The notes under the pieces were generated by a model. That model made no database searches. It saw only the letters and a list, made by a program, of their open reading frames with translations, and was not told the DNA's origin. A stretch of DNA of 64,000 nucleotides from an uncultured Gemmatimonadales bacterium (lineage in GTDB: Bacteria; Gemmatimonadota; Gemmatimonadetes; Gemmatimonadales; Gemmatimonadaceae). The stretch spans positions 1,120,001 to 1,184,000 of the forward strand of contig OY969695.1 of the NCBI GenBank assembly GCA_963701965.1, read 5' to 3'. This document shows positions 63,050 through 64,000 of this stretch, piece by piece. The stretch's first letter is position 1, and each line of letters opens with the position of its first letter. The position numbers and the translations under genes are program-made.

Positions 63050-64000
63050 CTACTCGCCGCGGATTGCGACTGTTGGATCGACCCTTGTCGCCCGGAACAG
63101 CGGCCCAGCGCACGCCACTGATGACGCCAGGAGCACTGCCACCGCAGCGAGAATGAACGTGACCGTGTCGAAGCCCTGAACACCGTAGACCATCGTCTGA
63201 GTGAAGCGCGTCACGCCGAGGGCGCCCACGAGTCCTATGCCCATACCGAGCGTCACCTGACCCAGCGCATCCCGAAGGAACAAACCGACGATGTCCCGGC
63301 GCGTCGCGCCGAGCGTCACCCGAACACCGATTTCACGAGTTCGCTGGCTCAGCGTGTAGGACACCACTCCGAAAAGACCGATGGCCGCGAGCAGGACACC
63401 GCACAAGGCGAACAGCAACAGAACGGCCATCGTAAACCGCGGCCCGGTCGTGGACCGTTCAATCTGCTCATTCACATCGTTGGACTTCCCACTTCAGCGG
63501 ATCCGGTTGCAGCGACTTGCGCAAAGCGCCGAAGCAACTCCCCAGCATCCTTTCGATGCAACCGCACAATGAGCGTCTGTTGAGATTGCCTGCCCGGGAA
63601 AGGGCGCATAGAGGGCCGGTTTGCTTGCCCGACGATCAAGCCGATTGGTCAGGATATCGGGAGCGACTCCAATCACCGTTTGCCATTGGTCGGAAGTCAC
63701 CGTCCGGCCTTGCATTACGAAATTGTCGCCCGACGACGTTGTCGTCGTGCCAGAGCTCGAGAGCAAGAGAGCGACTGACGATCACTTCGTTGCGCGAGCG
63801 CGAGCCCTCGTCGAACGGCCGTCCGGCGATCAGTGGTATTCGCAGTGTTGAGAAATAATCCGGCGCGACGTTGTTTCCGCCGGGCTTCATCGTGGGCCCG
63901 ACGGCTCCTGGGTGCTCTGGAGTCTCGACAGCCAAAGGGAACTCCATATCATCAGGCGTCCAGTCCGACGCAATCGTCAGATCCCGCGATCCCAATGCGC
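63050..64000 (-). CDS. 3' part of a third ADOP/MacB-type permease, at least two frame breaks; 5' end outside the window
   Basis: VAPDYFSTLRIPLIAGRPF; QWQTVIGVAPD; LAAIGLFGVVSY...[21 protein letters not shown]. Confidence 0.8.

Overview
High-GC bacterial chromosomal window with about 60 genes and no rRNA, tRNA, CRISPR array, transposase or integrase that I can recognise. The gene repertoire (PadR plus ADOP-type duplicated ABC permeases, Ser/Thr kinase-TPR, M14 peptidase, DUF305 plus LVIVD pair, Tat amidase and PhoD) suggests Gemmatimonadota or an Acidobacteriota-like soil bacterium; this is inference only. Content is accessory: several two-component systems, RND and MacAB-type efflux, copper proteins, stress genes, an ammonium transporter and two type II toxin-antitoxin pairs. 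Many genes carry single-base frameshifts, probably long-read errors, and there are several gene remnants. The most unusual element is a coupled two-gene unit at 41015-42321. It encodes a 268-aa block-polyampholyte protein (4 complete and 1 partial Arg-rich amphipathic helix separated by Asp/Glu/Gly tracts) and an upstream acidic partner whose C-terminal helix looks like a charge-neutralised copy of the repeat. A shared ACCAA-core motif occurs upstream of this unit and three times around a FixL/FixJ-like locus. All family assignments come from motif recognition, not database searches.
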